This document shows, in pieces, positions 26,641 through 40,680 of a stretch of DNA of 64,000 bases. Source of the DNA: the human T2T-CHM13v2.0 reference genome, Homo sapiens; the NCBI RefSeq assembly GCF_009914755.1, contig NC_060942.1; one strand, written 5' to 3'. Below the pieces are notes generated by a model, which made no database searches, was not told where the DNA came from, and was given only the letters and a program-made list of their open reading frames with translations. The stretch's first letter is position 1. Every line of letters begins with the position of its first letter. The position numbers and the translations under genes are program-made.

Positions 26641-27189
26641 AGAGAGTGTCTGTGAGGGCACATTCAAGGGATAGCTATCTAGGAATCTTAGTATTTATTC
26701 TCTGAGGCTTTAACTGTAAAATCAATTCAAATCAACAGATATTTATTTAGAATCTATAAAATACAAATTTATTTAGTAAGGAGTTAGGAGGTTATAAAGT
26801 AATGAAAGTACATATCTCAAGCCCTAGATTATCCAGAGAAGTCCTGATGTAAAACATTTTACTCACTATCTCCATAACTGCATCTGTCCCTGTCAGCCTA
26901 AGTAATCAGTTTTGGTTTAAAAAATAGTTAAAATCACATAAGACACCACCTCTGTCTTTGAATTCATCTGGGGAACATCATACATGAAGTGCTAAAGGAC
27001 AGAAGAAGTAATCTGAGGTGGCAGCCCCACGTGGATGGGTGGGATTGGAGAGTGGAACATGCTGGTTCTCCTGGAGTGGCAGAGTCTCTCCTTTCCAGCC
27101 CTGAGTGTGGCCAGTGCTGAGCAGTGGGTGGTTTTGGTTGCAGCCCTGTGGTTTGGCTAAAACAATTCTGTAGTGTAGGTAGGCATTCA

Positions 27190-27550
27190 CCATTGTTAGA
27201 AGCTACTGCTTGTCTTCCAAGATGGTTCCAACATTTTACACTCCCCCTGGCAATGTTAGAGAACTCCGCTTACCCTACATACTCACTAACTCTCATACTG
27301 CCATTTTAAAAACATTTTTAGCCATTCTGGTGGGTTTGTAGTAGTATCTTACTGTGGTTTTAATTTTCATTTCTCAGATGGGCAATTACCTTGAAAAATT
27401 TTCTGTGGCCTTATTGGCAATTTGCATATCTTCTTTTATAAACTGCCTGTTTAAATATATCACCTACTTTTATTGAGTTACTTGTCTCATTATTATTGAT
27501 TTGTAAAAATTCTCTGTATATTATGAATACAAATCTTTTGTCACATATAC
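27190..27550 (-). mobile_element. Old L1M fragment
   Basis: TTTTAGCCATTCTGGTGGG...GTGGTTTTAATTTTCATTTCTC typical of antisense L1 near the ORF2 3' end. Confidence 0.7.
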
Positions 27551-28444
27551 GCCAGCCATACTTTTGGATGCAAAAAATAGAACTTGACTAGTGGTGACTT
27601 CAATGACAATATCAATTCTTTGATATAACAAAAACTCTAGAGCCATGCAGCCCTTGGCTAACTAAGCAGATCTGCCATCCTTAGCAGTTTGGCTTTTCAT
27701 GCTTAGCTTGTGACCTCATGTTGCAAGATGGCTGTGATTGCTTCAAGCATTATGACTGTGATTGCTTCAAGCACTACGCCTGAATTCAAAGGCAGGAAGA
27801 GTGAGGGCAACAAGCAGGCAATATGAAGAGGTCCTTGAGTGATCACTCCTTCTTTCAGTGGAGATAAAAATTATTTCTCGGAAGCACTCTCAAACTTCCT
27901 CTTAATTCTTATTGGCCAGAATTAGGTATTCTGCACACACACATACCAGCAATAGGGAGCCTGGGAAATAAGCACTGGCAATGGTTTTCTGTACTGTAGC
28001 CATGATTAGATCAGACAATTATAATTCATGCCCCGGAGCTGGGATACTGCAGGAACCCAGGTGCTATTAGCTAGAAGAGAGGAATGCTTGTTGGGTAGGT
28101 ACAACCTAACATGTAAATATTAAATGCCAAAAGCTATGTGTTACTCTCCAATGCAGTGAGAGATCCTTTAAAAAATATGTAAGCCCCTGGTGGGCTTATG
28201 GACAACTTAAAAGTTAGGAAACCAAGTTCTTCATTTAAATCCATAAAACAATGCCACCATCCCAAACTCCCATTAAATAGCTGATTGTAGAGAAGCCCTG
28301 CTGGCTTGAACAGCTACATCAAGTTGTTAGTTCTGATTACATGTTATTGCTGCAATAGGAAGGCAGAATTAATAACTACATTTTCTAAGGGACAAGGCCA
28401 AGTGACTCCAGTAGAAGAGTTGAAGGCAAATGGAGGTTAAGAGC

Positions 28445-29125
28445 CATTTGCTGGGTTTCCCTGAAAGTAGAGCCTGAGCCAAGGGCATTTTAGGTAGTTT
28501 ATTTGGGAAGTGATCCCAGGAAACAGCAGTAAAGGGCTGGGGAGAGTGAAACAGAGGCAAGGAAGGCATTGCAAAAACACACTAAGAGTCGGCCATCTTT
28601 GTGGGTGACTATAGCTTAATTGTGCTGGGAGCCTCAGGACCTGCACAGAATACATGGCAAAATTTGATGCCCCAAAGTTCTACAAATGTAGATCAGCTTT
28701 GTTGGCATCACCTTGACTGTGATATACCTGCAAATTCATGGGCATCATCCTGACATCCTGAATCCAAAATGTGGTGGAAGTGGGGAGGGGGTGGGTCAGT
28801 ATATTGTATTTCAACAAGCTCATCAGGTGAGTCTTGTGCATGTTCACATTTGAGAATCACCAGTCTACTCCCCAGAGAGAGTGTTGATTAATTAGCTCAT
28901 GTGCCCACTGGTCATACCGTGGGGGGTTAAGTCCCTTCTACTTTCAGGTTGCTCATGCATTACTGTATCCCTTACCTCTCATCAGAGAAGCCCCCAGAAG
29001 AAAATAAGAGATTTCAGTGCAGCTTAGGCATGGCCCCTCAAGGTACACCCACAGGGTGCTGGTTTCTACAGTGGCAGCTGGAGTAAAAGGTGGGTCAGAA
29101 GAGTGTTGCATGAGAGATATCTGAC
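28445..29125 (-). mobile_element. LTR16-like ERV-L LTR interrupted by a MER5A-like element (~28670-28868)
   Basis: GTAGTTTATTTGGGAAGTGATCCCAGGAAAC; MER5-like TATTTCAACAAGCTC...TTTGAGAATCACCAGTCTA. Confidence 0.6.
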
Positions 29126-30509
29126 TCAGGAGAGGAGAACCAGATTTGGCCAGCTTAGATCATGACAGCTCCTTCAATTATCCGAACTTCATGGAAGGAG
29201 TCAGGAAATCACTTTTTAATGCATTAAGCTCTTTATAAAAGGCCCTAAGCTCCTAGGAGAAAACACACTATGTAATTGCACAGGACTTCAGTGTACAGAA
29301 AACATTAACAAGACACATGAGAAACAGTACCTGTTTATGCTGTGGTATATCCTTGAGGCAGGTGGAATGTTTCCATCTGTTGAAGTAGCCTCTGTGATAT
29401 TTCCCTGTTGGGATCAGGTTAAAGAGAACAGATTTCTCACTTTATTGGGAAAAAAGCTTCTCAACAGCAGGTATTTATTTGCCCTCCCTCAATTTCTTTG
29501 GGAATTTAAAGCTGTGCAGTTTACCTTCTTTATTTCTTTCATATTGCCCCAAGAACACTTGATTCTCTGCCAGCCATTTGCTTTTGTTCCAGTTTTTTCC
29601 TTTCTGCTTTGACCTTAAAAAAGTCACTATGGTCATAATTTTATTTGAATCATTTGAAAAAAGGAAGAAAATTTTACCATAAGACTAGAGTTAATATGGG
29701 CTGGTGGGGCAGGGATGATGAACTCAGTTGTCAGGTGGAGAGACTCACCCTATAAGTCCTCTGTAAGTGATGTTTGATTCAACACATGGAATTTCAGATT
29801 TTTATTCAGAATTATTGTTAGGCTGAAGAGGCAATAAAATGAGTTGCAAAGATTAAGACAGTAAACATATTTGCAGGCTTTCTCTATTGTGGATGGGAGG
29901 TACATTAAAACTCAATTACAAGATTTCAGCCATTGCAATATGGATCTTAAGAGTCCATGTGAATAGAGGTTTCCCTGGGGAAAGATGGCCAATCTTTTCC
30001 TTATTTTCCCCATCTTAGTTCTTCCATTCCAGTGCACAAGTCCTAAACACCAACTGTGTCTGGTGATGATGCTTAGTGGATACCTGTCACTGGGGCCTGA
30101 AAGTGCCCACTGTACTGGTCCCCTGGCATGGACTGACTTAGTGCCTGAGAAACTACCACCACCACACACTCTCTTAATTATAACTCAAGGAACTTCATAT
30201 TCTTAGGTTTTATTTTTAGTGTCCTTTTTAGATGTTTTGACATTGGCATTGGTGCATATTTAAGCCTCATTGTAATTCTTTATTTTGGTCCAGAGTCTTG
30301 TACTGATTCTAATGATCTTCTCCTGCTGCCTGGCTCTGGCTCTAGAAATTTTTGCTTGTCTCTGTCACCTTCAGTTTATGCTTATGGGGGAGCCAGAATT
30401 AAAATATGATTGTTTTGTCATCAAACAGATATTTATTGCGTGCTTACTATGCTCCAAGCATCATATTAGATGTTAAAATATAAAAATGAACAAAACATAG
30501 TTGCAGTTT

Positions 30510-31201
30510 TGATGCAGGATTTTTCTTGGCCACTTTGCCAGCCAGGGACCTCCAGCCAGAGGTGCCCCTGCCTAGGCCTCCCTAAGCCCTGGGCCTGACT
30601 CAGGAGGTGGCCTGCCCACCAGGCCCACCAGGCTGCATCTGGCTTGTGTGCCAGCTCAGCCCATGGCTGAGCTGGGAGTGACCAGCCCACCTGTGTTATA
30701 GCTTATACCTGTATTCAGTGGTTCTGGCGTTCTTGTCCCATGTCCAAGAAGAATGAGGTTATGCTGACAATTCAAAGGGTGAGAAGGGCACAGAAGAATT
30801 TTACTGAGCAATGGAACAGCTCTCAGTTGAGAGGGGATGTGGGAGTGGTACCCCACCTCTGCAGTGAGGTGGTTTATCTCTCAGTGTGGCTGGGTCCAGG
30901 GCTTTTATGGGCTCAGAGTGGGGAGTATGTGCTGATTGGTGTGTGAGTGTGCAAAAAGGCTAAAGAAAAGGCATCACTCAAAGGTGGGCATGACAGTGTA
31001 AAAAAAAATTTAGGGAAGGTTAAGTTTATGCAAAATAAGTAGAGGGTGGGGATCAATCACAGGAAATCATGCCAAAGAGGAAGGCAGTTTCTCAATCTAG
31101 TCTGTAGATTTATCCAGGTCTGTCTTCAGCTTGAAGATAGGGCTTCACAAGGGGACCTGCCCCTGTCTGCCTAGGCATTTGTCTGCCTCCTGTTGCTATC
31201 A
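30510..31201 (-). mobile_element. ERV1 solo LTR (LTR27-like) inserted into an L2
   Basis: TG...CA termini; minus strand starts TGATAGCAACAGGAGGCAGACAAATGCCTAGGCAGA; 4-bp flanks GTTT/CTTT. Confidence 0.75.
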
Positions 31202-32398
31202 CTTTTAGAAAAATTAGAATGTAGGAAATAAAGATCTGAGCATCAGTTACCATCACAGACCATTGAAAGTTATACAAGGGAGGAAACAACATGGTGCTTT
31301 TGGTGCACAGAAAGGTGTCCATTCTTCTTGGAAGAGGAGAGGGAGGACTTGTCAAAAGTTCACAGTGAAGGTAAAAATTGAGCTGGGCTTTGAAGGATGA
31401 GTAGGAGTTTGTTGCTTGAACTACAAGGGTAATTTTTCAAGGAAGGCAGATCAAGTGCATAACATCTTTGGGTGATGCAGAAGAGTCCAGCAGTGTTGCA
31501 GTATATTGTGCTTTAGGAGGAATTGAAGGCAGGGAGACCTGCAGGGCAAGTCAGTGGACAAGGTCTGAATCTCTTCCTCCAGTAATTAAGAGGTCCGGAG
31601 TAACTGGGGGGAGTGGTTGAAAGACCTAAGTCATAGAATTTTGAGGAGTGAGAGAGGTAGAAAAAGTAGACAGAGTAAATATAACTTACACTTTTACATA
31701 TTTTGACAGAATGGAAGAAAAATGGATGGTTGTATTTAGGGAGAATATCCAAAAGAGTTCCCCCACCTCTTTTTTGATGGAAGAAGAATTTAATAGAAAG
31801 GGAATATTTGAAAGGAAAGGAACTAATTCAGTGCATGAGTTCCAGAAGATGAGGAAGAAAACTGGATTGAGATTAAGGGTGAGTCTTAGAAAGGATTAGG
31901 AAATACTTCTCCGTGTAGACATTGAAGAAAGGAAGAAGAAGTTTTGGATAAATGTACTTATGCTTCTGGAGGGGAGGATGGAATAAAATCAAGGGAGTTC
32001 ATGCCTGGTTACTTCTATGTTATTTGAAAAGCAGGAATCAAAGATGTTTGGGGCGAGAGTGGTGGAGGAGAGTGTTAGCATTTTAGATCTGCTGCTGTCA
32101 CATAGAGGAATGAGATCTGCATAAGGGAAAGCATACATTTAAAAATTCTAGAGCCTTCACGTTTTAAGTGTGAGAGAGGAAATCTTCATATGAATAAGGG
32201 GGCTGGATGAAAGAAACTTGGCCGTTTTTCCTGAGTTTCAACTTCCCTGTGGGATGTGTGTCCATCGATCCCTGCCTCCCATGTCTGGCTGGCCTCTAGG
32301 AAGGGGCCAGCACCACTAGAGTTGTCGTCAGATCAGGGATAAATCTTATTCTCCAAACTCCCTTGATCACAACTGAGGCAAGTCAGGGTTTTCAAAAT

Positions 32399-32461
32399 GA
32401 ATGGATCATTCATTTACAAGTGAGATCCATTTTAGAATGGATCATTCATTTACAAGTGAGA
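32399..32461. repeat. 27-bp direct repeat with a 9-bp spacer
   Basis: GAATGGATCATTCATTTACAAGTGAGA at 32399-32425 and 32435-32461. Confidence 0.95.
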
Positions 32462-34030
32462 CATAAACAGAGACATACAGGAAAATATTAGAAACAAGAA
32501 CAGGTTGCAAAATTTAGGTTTCTGAAATTACCTTTTTCTAGGTCATTCCCAGGCTCACAGGCTCTTTCACCTTCCAGAGCTTATCCTGGAAAACGAATTT
32601 GCTGTAGTCTAGCCTCCAAGACTGACTTCCTCCCTAGCTCCAGCTTGCCTCTATGGATTCATGGTTTCATAGAATGGTCCACTGTGCAGGCCCTGTTGCC
32701 TGGACTCCCCACAGTCAAGGTGGCAGAGAGACTCACTCTCTGCTTCCATCTCTTCCCATCTTCCACTGGGAAGTTTACTCTTTAAGAAGAAGTCCCATTT
32801 CCCTGCTTGCTGGCAAACCTGTTGAGACTGAATGCAATGAATGAGATCAACATTCTGAGCCACTTTATAGACACAAGGAATCACTTGGAACTTAGTAGAG
32901 GCCCAGTGGTATAATGCTATAATAAAAATATTACCCAAATACCAAGAGCTGCGGTGAAAAGATTTTACCTGGAAATCCAAACATTGCAATTTTTATACAA
33001 TGAAATTATTCTAAAAGGCTTTATAAATAAATTCTCTACTTTAAATCATACCACTTTAATAATCCAAGATTAGTTTTTTAGTTTACGTCCCCCAAGGTTG
33101 TGACTGATCAGTCTATGCTTTCATGGTTGTTCCATCTGACAGATATGTTTTGACAGGAAAATTCTCTTTTTGAATAATAACTGTAAAAATATAAACTATT
33201 TTTCTTATTCCTAAATCCTACACAGTAAGTAAACTACAGAACTCGACTGAAACTCAGCTTTGTTTGGCTTCAAGTTTGGTTTACAGTTAAGTTAAATAAG
33301 AAGTGCTTCTACCAGAGACCACGGTCCACTGCCAGCAGCAATAATTGACAAACATCCCAGCCGCTTTGGGAAGGTTTAGTGTATTGTCTCAAACATGGCT
33401 CCCAGTGCATCATTCAGACTCATCAAAACAGTGAAGTCCTTGTACTCATGGAGTTGATGTTCAAGTGATGATGACTGGGGTCCCTGGGCTTATTCAGGAT
33501 TTGCAGTCAGCTTCCTGTCCCATTCATTTCCTGACCAACCACGGCCAGGACTTACTGTATCTGGGAAGTCAAGTCAGGTTCCAGAGATTACAGACTGGGA
33601 TGTGAGAGGAACAGGGCTAAGCCTCTTTTGGTTAAAGATTACGATAAATGCTTAAGGCCTAAGAGCAGATTGGAGGGATGGAGCTGATGATGGGATAGAA
33701 AACTGGCACTTTGCTGAGCCTGGACCAGGAAGCTCTTCTCCTGTGGTGCAGAAAGAGAAATTACTGTGGTCTCAGTTAGTAGTGGGATTTTACAATAACT
33801 TTTATGTAAGCAGAAAAATTACTTGTGTACCATTTTTATTTTATTTCTTGGAAAGCACAACATTCTAATTTTAACCATCGTTTGCATCAATTTTGTGAGT
33901 CTCCATAATTTTCTGTTTACAAATGTGCAGATCCTTTTAAAAATATTCACTAACAGAAATAATCTTACCTGATTTTTTTAGTATCATGGTTTTAACTGTT
34001 TAAACAGTTCAGGCAAATTTTAAACCCTGA

Positions 34031-34446
<416 letters not shown>

Positions 34447-37398
34447 CTATGTTTTCACTCTCTGACTCTGAGGAGATGGCACTTATGGAGAAAAAAAAAA
34501 AAATTCTGGGCTCTAAGTCTCTGTTGGTTATACCTTTTAGCTTTCATTAACTGATTATGTAACCAATTTATCTGAATTTCAGCTTCTTTATTTGTGAAAT
34601 GATGGAGCTGAACCATATGACCACAGAACCCTTTCTCTTTTCACATACAAGAAATTTGGATAATTCCTCTTTGGGCCTGAAATAACAACATAAACTTTGA
34701 CAAGTATTTATGTTTAATTAAAAAAAAAACTTAGTTATGTTTAATTCCTCAATTTAACTTTGGTTGACTAAAACCTCTTAGCTTTGGATTTCCTAGGGCT
34801 CGTGAATAGTACCTGATAACAAATCTGTGTAAATGAAGGTGAAACTATGCTGTCATTAGTGGCCTAAGGCTTCCTTAAGCAAGTCAGACAGTCCGGGGAG
34901 CAAACTGCTCTATACCAGACTGGCTCTCATGTTAGGTATCAACTCCTAGAAGTCACCTCCTGTGACAGAGGGCCAGATACCTGCCACTATTTCTTAATCA
35001 TTGACTTAACCTATAAAGACACTGGAATGGAACCAGAGCATTTCTTTCCAGAGGAGAAGCACTGGCTGGAAAATTAATCAGCAGATTTGCTTTGTGACAT
35101 GCACCCCTCCCACAGGGGAATACAGTGCAAAATACTCTTCCATATTACCATTCCCGATGCCAAAAGCCAGGTAGCCTTCCTTTATGAGTGTGGCCCAAGG
35201 ATTACTTAGTGGAGAGAGACCCTGACTGTAAGTCCCATCAGGTTCTTGGCCTAATTGATGGATTAACTTGAAAATCTCCCTTCTCATGCCTGTTCTCCAA
35301 CGTTTTTTTTCCCACCAACTAAATGAGGAAGTTGGGCTATTTCAACATTTTCCTAAGTAGATCAACATCTTCCAAAGAGTGTTACACTTGAAGAGTTAAA
35401 TAAAATAAATCTAATGAAAAAGCGTTCCGTGGTGAAATGTTTTGGAAATAGTGCATCAAACAATGTAAACAGCTTTATTACTACAGAACTTCTTGTGGCT
35501 TCTACTGTGCAGATGTGATTTTGACTCTCATAAGGGAGTTAAAATGAACCTTTCCCAAAATTTATTTGAAAATGATTTTTATTGTTAGTGAGGGAGTATT
35601 GTGTGACAGAAACTGGGGTTCATCAAGGTTGTTTCAGCATTATGAATCCAGGAGTAAAAGGTGATGCAGTAATCATTTTAGAAGGGGGGTTGAAACATCT
35701 ATCAAACCCTAATATCCTTCAAGGTCCCTGTGAAGATCCACATCCTCTGGGGAGCCACTCTGTATTTCACTGTTTTCCAACAGGAACCTTCTTCTCGACT
35801 CAATGAAGAGTTCATTGTCTATGGCCAAATGAAAAGGGAATTATCCGAGTACTTTTGAATAATTTGGTGCAGTTTTTCTTTGGCTTCTATTGACTCCCCA
35901 AGCTTCATATAATGATGTTTTTTATTCTCAATTTTCTGAAGTACAGCTGTATGAAAAAGTCAATACATAAAAATCCAAACATATAAGGCATAATAATGAA
36001 AGGAGAACTATTCATATCACAGAGAACTCTTCACTTTACAAAATGATTCCTTCCAGGGTTTATTTTAAAGAGAAAGGGAGTTGGAGACACTGAAGGAAAT
36101 TCATTGATTGTACTTTTTTTTTGGGTCTAAGTTCTGCAGGAACTAGCCTTTTAGTAACTTTAGGCTTTAAAAGTATTTTCTTACATGCCTGTTTAGCCTC
36201 CTGTTAAGATTGAGGCCCTACTGAAAGCCAGTGGTTGATTCAGCATATGGAGGCTTAGAGATGGCATACCTCTATCCTCACACTGCCTCTGGCCTGCTCT
36301 TTGGCTCCCTGCTGAGCAAAGAGGACTTTCCCACTAGCAGAGATCACTGTTTGAAGGCAGCCAGACTCTCCTAGAACTTCATTATTCATTTTCCCAGGGT
36401 TGCTTGCAGCTTGGAGACTTATTTATTTTTCAGATATTATTATACTTAATTAAAAACCTTGGGAAATAAATTTTTTTTTGGCCATGCATCTGAAACATAT
36501 GTTCTATTTTGCCAGCTGTCCAAGTGGCTAAGACTTTCTATCCCCTAGTTGGGAAAACTACTTTAGACAGCTACAATGAATCAAGATGTACACAAACTTG
36601 ATTTTAAAGGTGTTTCCTGCCTTGTTAACCCAATCATTATAAGACAAAGGAACAGTTGGATCGTTGCTATGTTGGCAAAACGCATTAGCTTTCTTGTAAG
36701 GGTGATTTGCCACTTCAGGGATAATTAGGCCACTTAAACGCTTATCTTAGTCAATGGACTGGGAAGTCTTTATCCTTATCATGAGTGATGTGGTTCAAAG
36801 AAAATCTCAGTTCTAAATGGAGAGGCTGTTTCAGCACAAGTAGTACCTACTAGGTTGCTGGACATTTTAATCTTTAGAATTTACCAACAGCCTGGTTTAT
36901 GTAGCGCCAAGACTTATCTCTAAAATATTTCTTCCTTCTCTAATTAAGTAGAATTTTCTATCATTGGTTACTCTTTTGTGTGTGTGTGTGGCAGGGGATG
37001 GGGAGGTTAAGCAATGATGTTTTGTAAATTCATAAATTTAGGGGAGGAGTAATCAATTGAAACACAAAATCCTGAAAAAAAAAATGTCCTTTCCCCGGTT
37101 CTCTTCTGCTGCTTGTTTGAGAAAAGGGAATGTAGCATTGAGTAAGGGGTGGAGAAGGGACCAAGACATCCCTGCATCCCACCCACTTACCCCTGTAGCT
37201 CAGACTTGCGGTGAGATGCAGGTGACAGGAGATGGGTGTGCTTGGCTAATTTCTCCTATGACTGTGAAACATTATTACAGTCCCAGGGAGTAGGGGAGTC
37301 CCATCCTGGCCCTGGCTCTGTGATCATGAGGCTAGCTCAACTTCTCCATTTTCTCACGGTAAAGTATTCCCATATCCCTTCCTTTCTTGGGTTACATG

Positions 37399-38178
37399 TG
37401 TCAATGAAGAGTCAAACTTTGTAAAACATTTAAAGAAATTTATTCTGAGCCAAATATAAATGACCATAACCCCTGACACAGCCCTCAGGAGGTCCTGAGA
37501 ACATGTGCCCATGGTGGTTGAGGCACAGCTTTGTTTTATACGTTTTAGAGAGGCATGAGGCATAAATCAAATATATTTAAGAAATGCATTGGTTTGGTTC
37601 AGAAAGGCAGGACAACTCAAAGAGTGGGGGCAAAGGGGGGCTTCCAGGCTATAGGTAAATTTAAACATTTTCTGATTGACAATTGGTTGAGTTTGTCTAA
37701 AGATCTGGGATCAATAGAAAATAAATGTTCAGGTTAGGATAAAAGATTGTGGAGACCAAGGTTATTTTGATGTCTTATAGTGGCCGACCTTAGAGACAAT
37801 AGATGACAAATGTTTCCAATTCAGACCTTTAAAAAGATGCTAGATGCTGACTGAATCTCTTCAGGATTGGTAGGGCCTGGAAGAAAAAGATCTAACTATG
37901 TAATTAGAGCTTCTTTACAGATTCACATTTTCCCACAAAGGACAGCTTGGCGGGGCCATTTCAAGATCTGGCAAATAAACAAGTTTTGGGGTAAAATATT
38001 TTGATTTTCTTGCTTGTCTCATAATGTTATGCCAGATTCAGGGTGGAAAGAAAGTCACAATATATAGGGCTAAATAAAACCTGTCTGACAAGAATTTATG
38101 GTTTGTAGGGCATGACTCCCCAGACCTTTTAGATAGGAATTTGGGCAAGATTAAAAAAAAATTGGAGCTTAGTCCTCA
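37399..38178 (-). mobile_element. MER4-family solo LTR (MER4D/E-like)
   Basis: TG...CA termini; CCCTCAGGAGGTCCTGAGAACATGTGCCC; minus strand starts TGAGGACTAAGCTC; 4-bp flanks CATG/CACA. Confidence 0.85.
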
Positions 38179-38869
38179 CACAGAATGTTGTAAATATATG
38201 TTTAAAAAATATATTTATACAATACTTTTATAAAAACATGTATTGTAAATAAAGCTGGCATTCTACCGAGACTGTATATTTGAAAAGTATAGATTATGAT
38301 GATTAATGGACAAGGAGCATGAATTTTTCTTTGCTTCTTTTATATTCTGTTTGATGTACATGGAAGGAACACAGGTATCAGAATTGGACCCATCTGGTTT
38401 TGAATTCTGACTTTGCTAATTACAGAACTCAGTTTCCTCACCTATAAAACAGAGATAGTGATATCTCTTTCATGGGGTTATTATGAAAACTTGGGAAATT
38501 CTATTGCTTTGAATTGCATTCTCCGGATTTGTGACAAGCAACCTTTTCCTAATATCTTTTCCCCCACTTTGGGTCAGTGGGAGGATCTGTGGTGCTGGTG
38601 ATGTTTTATATCTTGATCTGAGAGGGGGTTACATGTGGAGAATTTATTTTATGAAAAATTATTGAGCTGTACATTTAAGGTCTCTGCCTATATGTTATTT
38701 GTAGTAAACGGTTTGCTAGATAAATACCATTTTTATTTAAAAAATTCAATGCTGGATGGCTAGAAAGTTTCTGTAGGCCATAATTAAAAGACACGTCATT
38801 ATTCCAGAAATCCTAAAATGTAGACAAAAGAAGAATACAACTTACAATTCAGCACTCATGTATTCATGC

Positions 38870-39700
38870 ATTCATGTATTGTTTTCATTGTGATATAACT
38901 GATAAACAAAATGTATAGAGTTTAAATGTACAATTCAATAAGTTTTGATACCTATATACATTCATGAAATTAGAGCCCCAATCAAGATATAGACCATTTC
39001 TATCACTGCTTCAAGTTTCCTTGTGTTTCTTTCCAGTCAATGGCCTACCTAGAGGAAACCAATTGTTCTTTATGTCCCATTGAATTAGTAGCGCTTGTCC
39101 TTGAACATCTTAAATAGAATAATACAGCATATATATGCTTGTATTTGTCTTCCTTCACTTGTCATAATGTTTTTGATACTCATTCAAGTGTTGAATGTAC
39201 TAATAGTTAATCTTTTATTTTATTAATATACCACATTTATGTATCTATTTCCCTATTATTGAATATTTGGGTTGTTTCTAGTTTGGGGTTATTATGAAGA
39301 AAACTGTTCAACATTCCTGCACAAGTCTTTCTTGAAATGTGACTTGTCTAAGAAATCTTTGCTTAACTTCAGGTGATAAAGATAATTTCCTGCATTTTCT
39401 TTTAGAAGCTTTATCTTTTTCTTTTATGTTTATGTCTATGATCTATCAAATTAATTTTTGTGCATACTGTGAGGTAGGGATCAAAGTTCATTTTTTTCCA
39501 GCTGCATTTGTTGAATGAAACCTTTTCTTTCCTCATTGTATTACCTTGCCTCACCTATTGACTGTCAACCAGCTGTAAGTGTGTAGGTCTATGTCTGGGC
39601 TTTCTATTCTGTTTTGTTGATCTCCTTACTTACTCTTATGCCAATAATACATGGCCTTGATTACTGTAGTTTTAGTGTAAGTCTCATTATGTAGTGAATA
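38870..39700 (-). mobile_element. Old L1ME-like fragments
   Basis: AAATGTACAATTCAATAAGTTTTGA; TTTGGGTTGTTTCTAGTTTGGGG; CTTGATTACTGTAG. Confidence 0.7.
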
Positions 39701-40199
39701 TCTATGTATGTATGTATGTATCTCTCTATCTATCTTTAGGTAATGCTAATGCATTTGTAAACCTCTCTACAATGGAGATGAACTGCATCTAGTGTCCTAG
39801 GTGGTAACTTAATTTTATGTTTGATGAGAAAGAATCACTCATATTTCAAAAATCTTCTAGGGTAATGTACCTTAAAATACAGAAGTGTGTATGAAACTCA
39901 ATAAAAAAGGTAATGCTGTTTATTAGATGAATTTCTAATGGCTTTGTTGACATTTCTATCCGTACTAGGAAGGCAGTTCTGAGTGGTAACTCTGACCATA
40001 TCAAGTAGTGGCTTTGGGTATAGAGTAATTGGTGACTATGTTTTTATTTATTTACATTTTGGTCCCCAGTGGAACTTATAGCAGATTTGGTTGCCTTCCC
40101 AAATATCTGTCTTTCCCTCTTTTCTTCTTTGCTGTTTTTTATACTTCATTTTCTTCTTTTCTTCTGTACATTTTTTTTCAAAGAAAGTTATGCTACAGT

Positions 40200-40680
40200 C
40201 TCAACCCAAGGTAAATACAACTAGCCTTAAGGTAATTAGGTGGTCTAATTTCCCTTTTGTCAGTGATTGGTTGAGATATGGGAAAGTGATGCATTTCTAG
40301 CCAATGAGAGGTGATGGAGAAGCAGCTTTGGGATTCCTGTGAAAGAATTTCCAGGTGACAAAAAGAAAACTGGAGGTTGGGGGCAAAGTAGTAATTTATA
40401 TGCTGCTTCTGTGGCTTCTGGATGTTGTCATGTCAGACTGTGCTGCCTAGAACTGTTGTAGGCATCTTATGATCATGAGGTCTACAGGATAACTTGCTGA
40501 ATTAAACACAATAGAGAGAAGAAAGAAATCTGAGTCCTCAAAGAAATGGATGGAGCTAAAAATCATGTCCTAATCTGTCTCCAATCTTCCAGTTATGGGA
40601 GTTAATACATTTTGTTCATTGTTTAAATCATCTGAGTTGGGTTTTCTCTTATTGTTTCCCAAAGCATGGTATCTGATAAA
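40200..40680 (+). mobile_element. Old MLT1 (I/J/K-like) LTR
   Basis: TTTCTAGCCAATGAGAG ... GAGTTGGGTTTTCT...AAAGCATGGTATCTGATA. Confidence 0.5.

Noticed and set aside
35340-35600. Possible hAT-Charlie (MER) fragment
   Set aside because: Resemblance too weak to assign family or boundaries by eye.
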